63,780 nucleotides of DNA, filler included, from Candidatus Woesearchaeota archaeon (GCA_003650545.1; 6 parts of 6 records of this genome joined end to end with filler, not necessarily neighbours in it); one strand, 5' to 3'. Shown: positions 22,059 to 32,473, numbered from the whole stretch's first letter. Program-made: numbers and translations. The notes: generated by a model not told the origin, from the letters alone.

Positions 22059-22817
22059 TCATTTTTTTTTGAAAAGTGAATAAAGTAAAATTACTCCTAT
22101 AATAACGCCTATTATACTAAAGCCTTGCCATATTGTTAAGCCGAGCCATCGTGTATCATCTCGCCAAAAGTCTGTTATAAAACGAAACAGGCAATAGAGA
22201 AATAAGAACGATGCAAACACAATTCCTTGTTTCAGATTTATCCTTTTTTTCAACTGCTGTATATAGACAAGCGCACCAAATATTACAAAATGGTAAAAAG
22301 CAGCATATAATTGGTAAGGATGTCTACATAAGCCATCGCCAAAATCAAAGCACCATGCAACTGTTGTGATTGTTCCTACAATCTCAGCATTAGCGAAGTT
22401 GGCTATTCTGCCAATGCCAAGTGTAAGTGCTGCTGGAATTACAATTATGTCTGCTAGTTTCCAGAAGTTTAGTTTCTTTTTTCTAACATAGAGCCAACCT
22501 GCTAGTACACTCCCGATCAAGCCGCCAAAAAATGACATACCACCATGCCAGATTCTTAGCAACTCAAAAGGGTCTTTTATGAAGATACTAAGATCAGAAA
22601 ACAAAAAATGAAATATTCTTGCACCAACAAGCATACCTAGAAAGACGATTAAAATTAAAGTTTCGATTTCACCATCTTTTTTCAGACCAAGCTCTTCTTT
22701 GTATTTCCGCAGTAGAATATAAATAAGGATTACTGCTAAAGCATAAACTAATCCATAGTACCTAATTTCAATTGGGCCAAGGTTGAATAGGACAGGGTTA
22801 ATGTTATGTATGAACAT
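22059..22817 (-). CDS. lgt: prolipoprotein diacylglyceryl transferase
   Basis: IRYYGL, GARIFH, IWHGGMSFFGG, GRIANFANAE, HPYQLY, RFITDFWR; multi-pass membrane protein. Confidence 0.9.
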   Translation of the reverse strand: MFIHNINPVLFNLGPIEIRYYGLVYALAVILIYILLRKYKEELGLKKDGEIETLILIVFLGMLVGARIFHFLFSDLSIFIKDPFELLRIWHGGMSFFGGLIGSVLAGWLYVRKKKLNFWKLADIIVIPAALTLGIGRIANFANAEIVGTITTVAWCFDFGDGLCRHPYQLYAAFYHFVIFGALVYIQQLKKRINLKQGIVFASFLFLYCLFRFITDFWRDDTRWLGLTIWQGFSIIGVIIGVILLYSLFKKK

Positions 22818-22984
22818 AGGGTTCAGAGATAATTGTATATATATAAATGTTAGTGAATATAAATGTTAGTGGAAGATGCACTTGCGATTGTTTATAACTA
22901 TTTTGCAGCCTATTTTTAGCCTATTTTGTAGTTTATTCTACAAAATGAGGTGCGGTTATGGAACTGCCTAATTAAAGAAAAGAA

Positions 22985-23152
22985 TGCGGGTGACGGGATT
23001 TGAGCCCGCGACCTTTCTCCGTAATCAGATTGCTCTGAAACACTCTAGATTTCGCCTGGTTGAGTTTAATCATAGCCATAGGGCTCATCACTCAAATAAT
23101 ATGAGTATCGCTGCGTAGCACTAGCGCTCTAACCAGACTGAGCTACACCCGC
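22985..23152 (-). tRNA. tRNA(CAT), probably elongator Met, with four introns: 23107-23120 (30/31), 23051-23099 (37/38) containing nested 23053-23090, and 23015-23044 (43/44)
   Basis: Acceptor GCGGGTG/CACCCGC, D-arm GCTC/GAGC. Removing the inserts gives a 75-nt cloverleaf with CTAGA-CTCATAA-TCTAG and variable loop AGGTC; BHB-like motifs at each junction. Confidence 0.8.
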
Positions 23153-23251
23153 ATTCTATTTCAGAATACTAAGACATTTTTAAAGGTTTCTACTAGTCAT
23201 TAATCTTCTATAAAAAAACTTAAATACCTTTGTTTATAAGCTGTAATTATT

Positions 23252-24346
23252 ATGGCGTCCTATCAAGAGAAAATCAGGGAGCTTGAACAACTAATTAGTA
23301 AAACAAAGTATAATAAAAGAACGCAGCATGCTATTGGTTTGTACAAAGCCCAACTTGCAAAACTAAAAGAAAAAGAAGCTGCGAGAGGCAAAGCAATAAA
23401 AAAAGGTGAAAGTTATGCAGTTAAAAGATCAGGAGACGCAACTGTTATAATAGTTGGTTTTCCTAGTGTTGGAAAATCTACTCTACTGAATGTATTAACA
23501 GGAGCAAAATCAGCTGTTGGTTCTTATGCGTTCACAACACTAAAGTGCATACCAGGATTAATGAAATATAAACATGCTGAAATACAGATACTTGATGTTC
23601 CTGGGGTTGTGCACGGAGCTGCTTCTGGACGGGGACGTGGCAAAGAAGTTCTTGCTGTCATGAGGAACGCTGATCTAGCTATAATATTACTAGATGTTAA
23701 TTATCCAGGCCACCTTAAGGTGTTGAAAAATGAGATTAACAATGCTGGCATTAGACTTAATCAAGAGAGGCCTGATGTGAAAATAACTAAGACAGATAGA
23801 GGTGGCATCAAAATTGGCAAAACTGTTAAGATCGACCTAAGTAATAGAACTATTATTGATATCCTTAAAGAATTTAAGATAGTCAATGCAGAAATTGTGA
23901 TACGAAGTGTGATTGGTATTGACCAATTGATTGATGTTATCGAAAAAAATAAGGTATATATGCCTGCAATTATCGTATTAAATAAAATTGACACTGTTGG
24001 GCCAAATAAATTACAAAATGTAATTAAGGCAGTGAAGCCTGATATTTGCATCTCTGCTGAGAAGAACATTGGAATAAATGAACTTAAGGAAATGATTTAT
24101 CAGAAACTTAGGTTGATTCCTATTTATTGTAAACAGGTTGGCAAGAAAGCTGATTTAGATGTTCCGCTTATCTTAAAAAATGGTGCAACACTAAAAACCA
24201 TGTGTGAAAAACTGCATAAAGACTTTGTAAGCAAGTTTAAGTTTGCTAGGATATGGGGAAAGAGCGCAAAATTTCCTGGGCAGCGAAAATTAAAGCTGAA
24301 TCATAAGCTAGAAGCAGGGGATATTGTTGAGATCCATTTGGGATAG
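23252..24346 (+). CDS. DRG/Rbg-family GTPase with TGS domain
   Basis: GFPSVGKS, YAFTTL, DVPG, NKID, ARIWGKSAKFPGQ. Confidence 0.95.
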   Translation: MASYQEKIRELEQLISKTKYNKRTQHAIGLYKAQLAKLKEKEAARGKAIKKGESYAVKRSGDATVIIVGFPSVGKSTLLNVLTGAKSAVGSYAFTTLKCIPGLMKYKHAEIQILDVPGVVHGAASGRGRGKEVLAVMRNADLAIILLDVNYPGHLKVLKNEINNAGIRLNQERPDVKITKTDRGGIKIGKTVKIDLSNRTIIDILKEFKIVNAEIVIRSVIGIDQLIDVIEKNKVYMPAIIVLNKIDTVGPNKLQNVIKAVKPDICISAEKNIGINELKEMIYQKLRLIPIYCKQVGKKADLDVPLILKNGATLKTMCEKLHKDFVSKFKFARIWGKSAKFPGQRKLKLNHKLEAGDIVEIHLG

Positions 24347-25392
24347 AACGCACTAAATTTTTTCCACAATACTTTTAAATCTCCTATCTTAAAATATTTT
24401 TTTGTTTCTAGCTCATCTGCTAATTTGTAATAGCCGCGTAAGCGAACATAGTTAATAAACTCTTCTTCAGACATATCAGCATAACATAAAAAAGGATCAG
24501 GAAACAGAGCAATATTGTCCGAGAAACTCTTATTTAAAACAATATAAAGATAAAGATTTTCACGCCTCTCAATATCAAATATGTCTTCTGGATATCTGTC
24601 TATAAATAAATATAGGTTTTTTAGATTTGCAAATCTTGCGTAGAAGTTTTCATTTTTTGACGAGTCTTTTGATAATTTTTCGTAGCATCTTCCAGCATCT
24701 TCAAAACGTAAACCATTGTCTCGCAAATATTTCAGTTGTCTGAAAGAAGCCAGAGTATCGATCAGATTAAAATTAGCACCATATGTCAAGTCGATTACTC
24801 TAGATTCTTCGTAAACAAAATGAGAAACAATCACTTCAGGGATACAAACATCTTCTAGATAGAGCATTTTCTTAAATTGTGCAAAGGCTAGTATGTCTAT
24901 GCTTTCGTCAGACTCTTCGTGGGGACGGTTATAAATTTTTTCTTTGATGTTACTCAGTGCAAAAAAATATTTTGTCTCTTTCCATGCTTGTTCATGTATT
25001 GCGTCTTTGCTTATTTCTAGATTAAGATGTCTATTATAAATGAACTCAAGATTGTGTTCTCTTTGCTGGACAATTGCATTATAGATTAAGTTTTCTAGTT
25101 GAGTGTTTGAAATTGTAAAAATAGATATGTCACATTCGTTATTCTTATGTGTTTTATTTATATATTTACAAACAGGCATTGCTGGCCAGATGTTGTGCCT
25201 ATTCAGAAAATTAATATATTCTTTGTCATTAAGATTATAAAAATACGCTTTTTCACAATAGTGTTCTAGCTGTTTTTGTATTTGGCTTTGGTTAAGTTCT
25301 TCTGTGATGGCAGGCTTAAAACAAAGAGTTGCACCTAGAATAGCAGCAGCTCCTAAAAATATCCCCCCTAACTTTCTTAGCCTCTCTAGCAT
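24301..25392 (-). CDS. hypothetical exported protein
   Basis: 363-aa ORF with N-terminal hydrophobic signal; overlaps the GTPase 3' end convergently by 46 nt. Confidence 0.6.
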   Translation of the reverse strand: MLERLRKLGGIFLGAAAILGATLCFKPAITEELNQSQIQKQLEHYCEKAYFYNLNDKEYINFLNRHNIWPAMPVCKYINKTHKNNECDISIFTISNTQLENLIYNAIVQQREHNLEFIYNRHLNLEISKDAIHEQAWKETKYFFALSNIKEKIYNRPHEESDESIDILAFAQFKKMLYLEDVCIPEVIVSHFVYEESRVIDLTYGANFNLIDTLASFRQLKYLRDNGLRFEDAGRCYEKLSKDSSKNENFYARFANLKNLYLFIDRYPEDIFDIERRENLYLYIVLNKSFSDNIALFPDPFLCYADMSEEEFINYVRLRGYYKLADELETKKYFKIGDLKVLWKKFSAFYPKWISTISPASSL

Positions 25393-25719
25393 TTTGAGTG
25401 TATTGAGTGTATATACTATTATTTATATAAATTGTTAAACTGATTTACATATATTTATTAGTTTAGATAATGTATTCCAAATGAAGAATGTGGAACAGAC
25501 AACCAGACAACAGATTTAGATTAAAAGCGATTATATAAAATTAATATAAAATTTATATAAATCTAACTGCATAAGGTTCATACTGGATTTCAGAATGGAT
25601 TTAGGACAGGGACAATAGATTTATATACTAAATCTATATTATTTCATTGGACTAAAACTAGACTAACAAACTAACAAAACTAAACATCGCTTTTATAATT
25701 TAGTCTCAGAGGTTTATTC

Positions 25720-26481
25720 ATGGCAGATGTTAGAAAAGAAAAGCTTGGTGAAGATATTTCTAAAACAGTTGAAAAGGTTTGTTTAGGATTATTAAATGTC
25801 AGAGGAAAATCTGTCTTGATCAAACCAAATGTTAATAGCGATGATGTATATCCTGGTACTACTAATCCTGTTATTGTTCGCGCTTTGGTCAACTTGTGTT
25901 TCAAAAAAGGTGCTGAAAAGGTTATTGTTGGAGATAAATCTAGTATATTCTGGCCTAATTCGAAGGGAAATATGCGCAAAATAGGTCTGACAAAAGCAAT
26001 GGAGGGAAGCAAAGCAGAACTAAAGGTGTTTGACAAGTTTGTAAAAGTTGCTGTTGATGGAAAATACCTAAAAAGCTTAAGAGCAGCAAAGGATGTTTTA
26101 GATGCGGATTGTGTAATTGGTGTGCCTGTATGTCACACTCATGTATTAGCTGTAATCAGTATGTCCTTAAAGTTATGGATGGGTGCTGTAACCAGAAGAG
26201 ACAGAGTTGTGTTTCATGCAGGAAAGTTGCAGGAAAAGATTGCAGAGATGAATCTTGTATTTAAACCTATGTTTTGTTTGTTAGACGCTAGTAAAGTGAT
26301 GATTTCAGGTGGTCCTGACAAAGGTGTTGTTAGAGAAGGTAAAATGTTGTTTGCTTCCAGGAGTAGGGTTGCCTTAGATATAGAAGGCGCAAGATTTATA
26401 CAGAAACTTGGTGGTCTTAGAAATGTTGATATCGCAAATATAAAACAAATTTCATATGCAAAAGAGTTAGGAATTAAATGA
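25720..26481 (+). CDS. DUF362-domain protein
   Basis: VLIKPN, TTNPVIV, VIVGD, P-x-x-HTH, SLKLWMG, VALD motifs. Confidence 0.85.
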   Translation: MADVRKEKLGEDISKTVEKVCLGLLNVRGKSVLIKPNVNSDDVYPGTTNPVIVRALVNLCFKKGAEKVIVGDKSSIFWPNSKGNMRKIGLTKAMEGSKAELKVFDKFVKVAVDGKYLKSLRAAKDVLDADCVIGVPVCHTHVLAVISMSLKLWMGAVTRRDRVVFHAGKLQEKIAEMNLVFKPMFCLLDASKVMISGGPDKGVVREGKMLFASRSRVALDIEGARFIQKLGGLRNVDIANIKQISYAKELGIK

Positions 26482-26726
26482 TTAAGAAAGAAAAAAGATT
26501 ATAAATACTTTTTGTAAACAAAAATAAAACAGGGTTGATTTTAATACTAAATAATACTAAACTGGTTTTAATAATGATATTAAAACATTATTGCTAAAAA
26601 ATACATTAAGAAATACATAAAAAATAGACTTAAATTTAAATTTATTTTAAGAACTATTATAAAAAAAATATAAAATAAAAGGATAAATATAAGACAAGGT
26701 AGAAAATATAAATATAAAATAAGATA

Positions 26727-26826
26727 NNNNNNNNNNNNNNNNNNNNNNNNNNNNNNNNNNNNNNNNNNNNTTAATTAATTAANNNNNNNNNNNNNNNNNN
26801 NNNNNNNNNNNNNNNNNNNNNNNNNN
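26727..26826. other. artificial contig linker
   Basis: N-run/TTAATTAATTAA/N-run. Confidence 0.98.
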
Positions 26827-26828
26827 CA

Positions 26829-28866
26829 GAGCCAGAAATAGACTCCCAGACAAGGGAATTGAAAGTAGCCTCTGATAACCCGCAACTGGTAAACCCCGAA
26901 TTGGAATGAGCCAGAAATAGACTCCCAGACAAGGGAATTGAAAGGATGATGTGGACAAACTCCTCTCTCCTCCCCTTCCCACGTGAGCCAGAAATAGACT
27001 CCCAGACAAGGGAATTGAAAGGCCACAGATGCTGCAGTTGACGTCGAATTATACAATGAGGAGCCAGAAATAGACTCCCAGACAAGGGAATTGAAAGGCT
27101 GCTGAATATTCACGTTGATTTCTCCGATTTCGATTTTATGAGCCAGAAATAGACTCCCAGACAAGGGAATTGAAAGACGAAAGGTTCAGAGCAAGAGAGA
27201 GCAGAGAGTAACATCTCTCAGAGCCAGAAATAGACTCCCAGACAAGGGAATTGAAAGTTGGTATATTCTCTCATACAATGTCTGTATCTCCTCGAATGAG
27301 CCAGAAATAGACTCCCAGACAAGGGAATTGAAAGACTCTTTTGCCACAGCTTAACGAAACAAGAGCGTTAATAATGAGCCAGAAATAGACTCCCAGACAA
27401 GGGAATTGAAAGTTCTTCTTTGCCATCTCCAAAGCTAGCTCTCCAAACAGCTTGAGCCAGAAATAGACTCCCAGACAAGGGAATTGAAAGTGTGAAGCTT
27501 CAGCTCTTGCGGTTCAAAATCAGTTCCGCGGAGCCAGAAATAGACTCCCAGACAAGGGAATTGAAAGACTTTTACGCAAACCTTGTGCATGATCTTAAAA
27601 AACTGCCCGAGCCAGAAATAGACTCCCAGACAAGGGAATTGAAAGATTTTCTCTACTCCCAACATTGTAATCCATACCCAGTTCTGAGCCAGAAATAGAC
27701 TCCCAGACAAGGGAATTGAAAGTTAGCAGCTGCGTTTTGAGACCAGTCATCCTTTGCTTCTGAGCCAGAAATAGACTCCCAGACAAGGGAATTGAAAGGC
27801 TATGAACACTACTACATCAAAGAGTATAAGCCCATGAGCCAGAAATAGACTCCCAGACAAGGGAATTGAAAGCTGCGATATTCCACGCTGGAACGGTTAT
27901 GGGTATAGTTGCTGAGCCAGAAATAGACTCCCAGACAAGGGAATTGAAAGCTAAGAACATTGTTGAACTGCTCACTATTGTCGATAGTGAGAGCCAGAAA
28001 TAGACTCCCAGACAAGGGAATTGAAAGGCTCCTGCGCAATCACCATGATGAGCTACTTCTGGTCTGAGCCAGAAATAGACTCCCAGACAAGGGAATTGAA
28101 AGGGGATATTGTCCCAGAAAGGCGATGAGAAGAAGTCTGATATGAGCCAGAAATAGACTCCCAGACAAGGGAATTGAAAGATGCTCACGGATGCTGTTCC
28201 CTGCACGTTCACGTTTATGAGCCAGAAATAGACTCCCAGACAAGGGAATTGAAAGCACGGAAGTGTTGTAGTATTTCTGGTACTTTATCGTGAGCCAGAA
28301 ATAGACTCCCAGACAAGGGAATTGAAAGGACGATTCTTGCGAGCAACTCTCTGGCGAAGGCTCCGTAAGAGCCAGAAATAGACTCCCAGACAAGGGAATT
28401 GAAAGAGAAGAAGGCTCAGGACTTGCCTAACAGAGCTAGAATCAGAGCCAGAAATAGACTCCCAGACAAGGGAATTGAAAGGACTCGACGAGCTGACAAA
28501 CGAGATGCTCCTCCGCCTCAGAGCCAGAAATAGACTCCCAGACAAGGGAATTGAAAGTGATGCTGAAATAATCGCTGATGTCAAGGATGACCTAGTCAGA
28601 GCCAGAAATAGACTCCCAGACAAGGGAATTGAAAGGAACATGGGAAAACACTTGTTTTGCAAATATGGAACTCGGAGCCAGAAATAGACTCCCAGACAAG
28701 GGAATTGAAAGTAGTCGTTGAGTATGGCATTCTTACTAAGAACGTTCCTAAGAGCCAGAAATAGACTCCCAGACAAGGGAATTGAAAGAGACATTACTAA
28801 AGCTCATGGGAGCAGAAGTTATTGCCGAGGAGCCAGAAATAGACTCCCAGACAAGGGAATTGAAAG
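26829..28866 (+). CRISPR. CRISPR array: 27 copies of the 37-nt repeat GAGCCAGAAATAGACTCCCAGACAAGGGAATTGAAAG, 26 spacers of 36-44 nt; truncated at left contig end
   Basis: Repeats counted by eye. Internal TCCC/GGGA hairpin and 3' ATTGAAAG handle suggest + strand transcription and a class 1 (Cas6-processed) repeat. Confidence 0.98.
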
Positions 28867-29200
28867 AGTCAAATCTCTTACGCGAGTCTCTGTAATTCCG
28901 TGGATAAGCATATCTTATCTTGGAGCGCTTTCGGCTATACAGAATTGTCATATTTTGTTTTGAGTGATGTGTTGGGTTTCTTGGAGTTAGGATGTTGAGA
29001 GATATCCTAAAATGCGTTAGTGAGTTTGTTTAGCAGATGGAGCGAGAAGTTGAGTTATTTTTTAATTATTTCTATTTTTAGCTATGAAGTCAAAGAAAAT
29101 TTATTTTTTAAAAAGAGCAAGAAGAAAATCGTCGAGAAAACTAAAAAACTCCCAGAAAAGGAGCGAAATTCTAACAAACCAGATGATACCTCTTTAGAAG

Positions 29201-30151
29201 TCAAAGTAATTTAATGCTCTTTAAGATGAATTTAGCAGCATCAGCAACTGAAGATGGTATTTTAATTGCATTAAATTTTTGCCTAAGAAGTTTATAGCCT
29301 TCGATGCTTCTTCTTTTTTCGCTAAAGTGCTCGGGAGGGGGTTCTACTACGAAAATCTTTTTTCTATATTTCTTTGCAAAACGTACTGCATGGATCGTTC
29401 CTCCTTTTTCACCAGTTTCAATAACTATTAGGGCATCTGCAAGTGCACTAATTATTCTATCTCTTTTTATAAAAAGACTTTTTATGTAATCCCTATTAGT
29501 ATCTCGCTCATTCGGCTTTTTAAAAACTTCACTTATTATAGCTCCGTGTTTTAAGATATCTCTAACCAGTTCTTCATTCTCTCCTGGATATATTGGATCC
29601 ATCCAAGCCAAGACAGCTAATGTCGTTCCTCCCCAATTAGCACTCTCTAAAGCCCCGCAGTGTGCTTCAGTATCAATTCCTCTAGCTAATCCACTTATGA
29701 TCGTGTAAGAAGAAGCCAAGTAACTCGCTAATTCTCTTGCTGTTTTTCTTCCAAAAAATGATGCATTCCGTGTGCCTACAATGGCTAATCCATGCTTAAG
29801 TTTCTCTAGACTTAATGAACCTTTATGAAAAATAACTAGAGGAGGATCGTCTATTTCTTTTAAAGAAGAGGGGTAATTCTTGTCTATAATTTTGATCATT
29901 GACACATTATGGCTCTCTACCTCATCTAATAATTCTTCAAAAAATTTAATTATTGATGCTTCGTATTTCATGATATATTCTAATCTCGATATTTGACTAA
30001 CTTCATTCTCAGTTAATCCTAGTTTCATAGCTTTAGTCTCAGGGAACTCAAATAACTTTTCTAGAGATTCTAAGTCATTGATTATCCTCAAAAGTTTCTT
30101 GGGAGAGATAGGTTTATAATATTGGAATAATAGCCAGTAAATGTCTTCCAT
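29201..30151 (-). CDS. dprA: DprA/Smf family DNA-processing protein
   Basis: YPSSLKEIDDPP, AIVGTRNAS, ISGLARGIDTEAH, RDRIISAL..LIVIE...GGT. Confidence 0.92.
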   Translation of the reverse strand: MEDIYWLLFQYYKPISPKKLLRIINDLESLEKLFEFPETKAMKLGLTENEVSQISRLEYIMKYEASIIKFFEELLDEVESHNVSMIKIIDKNYPSSLKEIDDPPLVIFHKGSLSLEKLKHGLAIVGTRNASFFGRKTARELASYLASSYTIISGLARGIDTEAHCGALESANWGGTTLAVLAWMDPIYPGENEELVRDILKHGAIISEVFKKPNERDTNRDYIKSLFIKRDRIISALADALIVIETGEKGGTIHAVRFAKKYRKKIFVVEPPPEHFSEKRRSIEGYKLLRQKFNAIKIPSSVADAAKFILKSIKLL

Positions 30152-30201
30152 GATATGTCACCTTAACAGTTCTGAGTTAGTTCTCCTTTCCGCAATATTC
30201 A

Positions 30202-30980
30202 CTATTTCTTTTTTCTTGCAACAAAGCCAGCTACTAGTCCATATATCTCATCCGCTCCTTTTGACTTTAATTTTCTAGCGCAAGTATTTAGAGTAGCTCC
30301 TGTTGTAACAATATCATCAATAATTAGCACCTTTGCTCCTTCCACTTTCTCTAAAACTTCCTTTTTTGATGACACATCATATATCCTCGACGCAATTTCT
30401 ATACGCTCTTCAACACTCTTATTTTTAGCTTTTCAGGCTTTAATTTTATTAAAAGAGGCAATAATTCCTTATTCTTTAGAATTTCTGATGAGTCTTTTAC
30501 AAGTCTAGCTAGTAGTTCTATAGGATTTTTATTCTTATGAGTTCTTACATCCCGACGTAATTCTTTCTGATGAGCGGGTACATAAGTTATAATATTCACA
30601 TTCTTAAAAATTTCGGGGTACACGAAATCTATTAATGACGCCATAGTTAACCCTATTGGACACAAAAAACTAGAGTCAAATGTTTTATCACTAATTTTGT
30701 ATTTATCGATTAACTTAGTCACACAAGTAGGTTTTATGCGACGACTCCATGGATTATATCGTTGAATAGCTATTAGAAGATCTATTGAGCACGGCTGAAA
30801 TCTGGAAACAGTTAATTCATTAATATCTACTTCGCCTAGTCCTTCAACGTATTTACAACCTTCGTATGAGTTATATGTCTCAGAACTTTCTCGGTGTCTG
30901 ATCTCTATGTACCATTTATTCTGGCCGTACTTGTATAAGATTACTCTCCAGTCTTCCTTTTCCTTGATATTATTTACCAT
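30202..30980 (-). pseudogene. ComF-like phosphoribosyltransferase, frameshifted at a T5 run (30422-30426)
   Basis: N-part has ITYVPAH and NPIELLA. Adding one base continues into ...VLIIDDIVTTGATLNTCARKLKSKGADEIYGL*, the PRPP-binding loop, with stop at 30202. Confidence 0.8.
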
Positions 30981-31086
30981 TAAACCACCTGAGACTAGGT
31001 AGAAGTATATGACTATGGTTGATCGGATGCTCGATTGCCGTTTGTAGCTGTAATATATCCAAAACGACATTCATCGATGAATGTCG

Positions 31087-32346
31087 TTAAATAATATATT
31101 TATAATGATATCTGTTCAAATATTTATTGAAAGCTATATGTAGATTTTTGAAGATATCCCAATTTAAGAGCACAAAAAAGCCAGCTGCTGGTTCTATCAA
31201 TTTGGCTTCAGATAATCTAATCAGATACCTTAGCAATCCAAGAGAATTAGGATCTCTTGCCCTAGACATGCCAGCGTCCTTTAAATACTTTTGTAAGTTC
31301 TCTAAGGATATTCCCTTTAATTTCATTATCGCAGAATTGCTGCTAAGATGGGGATATTTTTGGCGCAATTCGCGCATATCACGGAACACATCAGGAACTA
31401 ATGGATCGGACACTGCTGGATGAGGAGCGTAAATATCTTCAACCTTACCACTATTTATCGCTCTATTTACTGCAGCAAAGAGATCAAAAGGATGCCTAGT
31501 GAATCTTCTAGTAATTTTGCTCACTAATGATCTAAAATCATCATCTATCCACTCCGCATACTCATTTTGAACTTGAGGTAATGTTATTGGCAATAAGTAG
31601 GGATTCCAAATCCACATACTTGTTAGGAGTAAACCTATCAATCTATACAGCATTTTCTCCAAAATTAACTCCTTAAATCCAAGTGATATTCTTTCCCAGA
31701 TAAGTTTATTTACAATGGGTGGAGGTACGACTAATAACTTTTTCTCCCTATCGATAAGGAAAGGTAATACTGAACATTGTAGAAGCCCAGAAGCTGATAG
31801 ATCCTTTAATTTTCGTAGTGCTAAGTCGAGAATAATAAAACAAATTTTTACTTTAACTATTCTTTCCGTATATTTTTGTCGAGTAATGTCATTTCGAGCC
31901 CTCTTTTTCCTTTCTTCTAGCCTACTTATTATAGAGGCAAAATCCAATATGAGGGGGGATTGTTTAGAAGCAGACTGAGATGATATCCTATTACTATAAT
32001 ACAATGCCAAAGCCTCACGTATTCTAGCAAGTAAAAGACTTTCGAAAGGACCCTTTGATAAAAGCCCCACAGCGTATAACCAATCTAGCAAGTATTTTGC
32101 CGTATTTTCATATATTTCTTCTGACGAAGTACATAGTATTTCTTCTAATACTGCAAGAGATAGGATGTGCTCCATACATACGTATACGTACTCTTCGTCA
32201 GTACTTACATACAGAATCTTTGCTGGAGGATAATGGTGATAGATCCTTGGTTGTTCGCCCGGTATATTCCCTTTCTCATAACTAAATAGAGGTTGACCAC
32301 AAATAGCGCAGAAGAATGTCTTGCCTCGAGGCAGATTTTCTGACAT
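31087..32346 (-). CDS. uncharacterised 419-aa protein with N-terminal Zn-finger-like motif
   Basis: CAICG...CMEH; GGTGA RBS before ATG; co-oriented upstream of PRTase-dprA. Confidence 0.7.
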   Translation of the reverse strand: MSENLPRGKTFFCAICGQPLFSYEKGNIPGEQPRIYHHYPPAKILYVSTDEEYVYVCMEHILSLAVLEEILCTSSEEIYENTAKYLLDWLYAVGLLSKGPFESLLLARIREALALYYSNRISSQSASKQSPLILDFASIISRLEERKKRARNDITRQKYTERIVKVKICFIILDLALRKLKDLSASGLLQCSVLPFLIDREKKLLVVPPPIVNKLIWERISLGFKELILEKMLYRLIGLLLTSMWIWNPYLLPITLPQVQNEYAEWIDDDFRSLVSKITRRFTRHPFDLFAAVNRAINSGKVEDIYAPHPAVSDPLVPDVFRDMRELRQKYPHLSSNSAIMKLKGISLENLQKYLKDAGMSRARDPNSLGLLRYLIRLSEAKLIEPAAGFFVLLNWDIFKNLHIAFNKYLNRYHYKYII

Positions 32347-32473
32347 TAAGGTTCACCGTGCATAGGTAGACGAGTGTTTTAATACAGTAGTTTTGGAGTA
32401 GGTATAATATTACTAACAGAGAAATAAATTAAAAATAATAAAAACATTTATTGTTAATTAGTTAGTAAAATAA

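Noticed and set aside
23053..23091. GTGATGA (box C-like) at the start of the nested intron, suggesting an intronic C/D guide RNA
   Set aside because: No CTGA box D in that intron, and these bases are explained by the BHB inner helix
26866..28829. Self-targeting of spacers against this window
   Set aside because: No match noticed by eye; a proper alignment is needed to exclude it
26771..28963. Many ORFs with repeated MSGSLFLA/FQFPCLGVYFWL peptides
   Set aside because: They are translations of the CRISPR repeat, not genes
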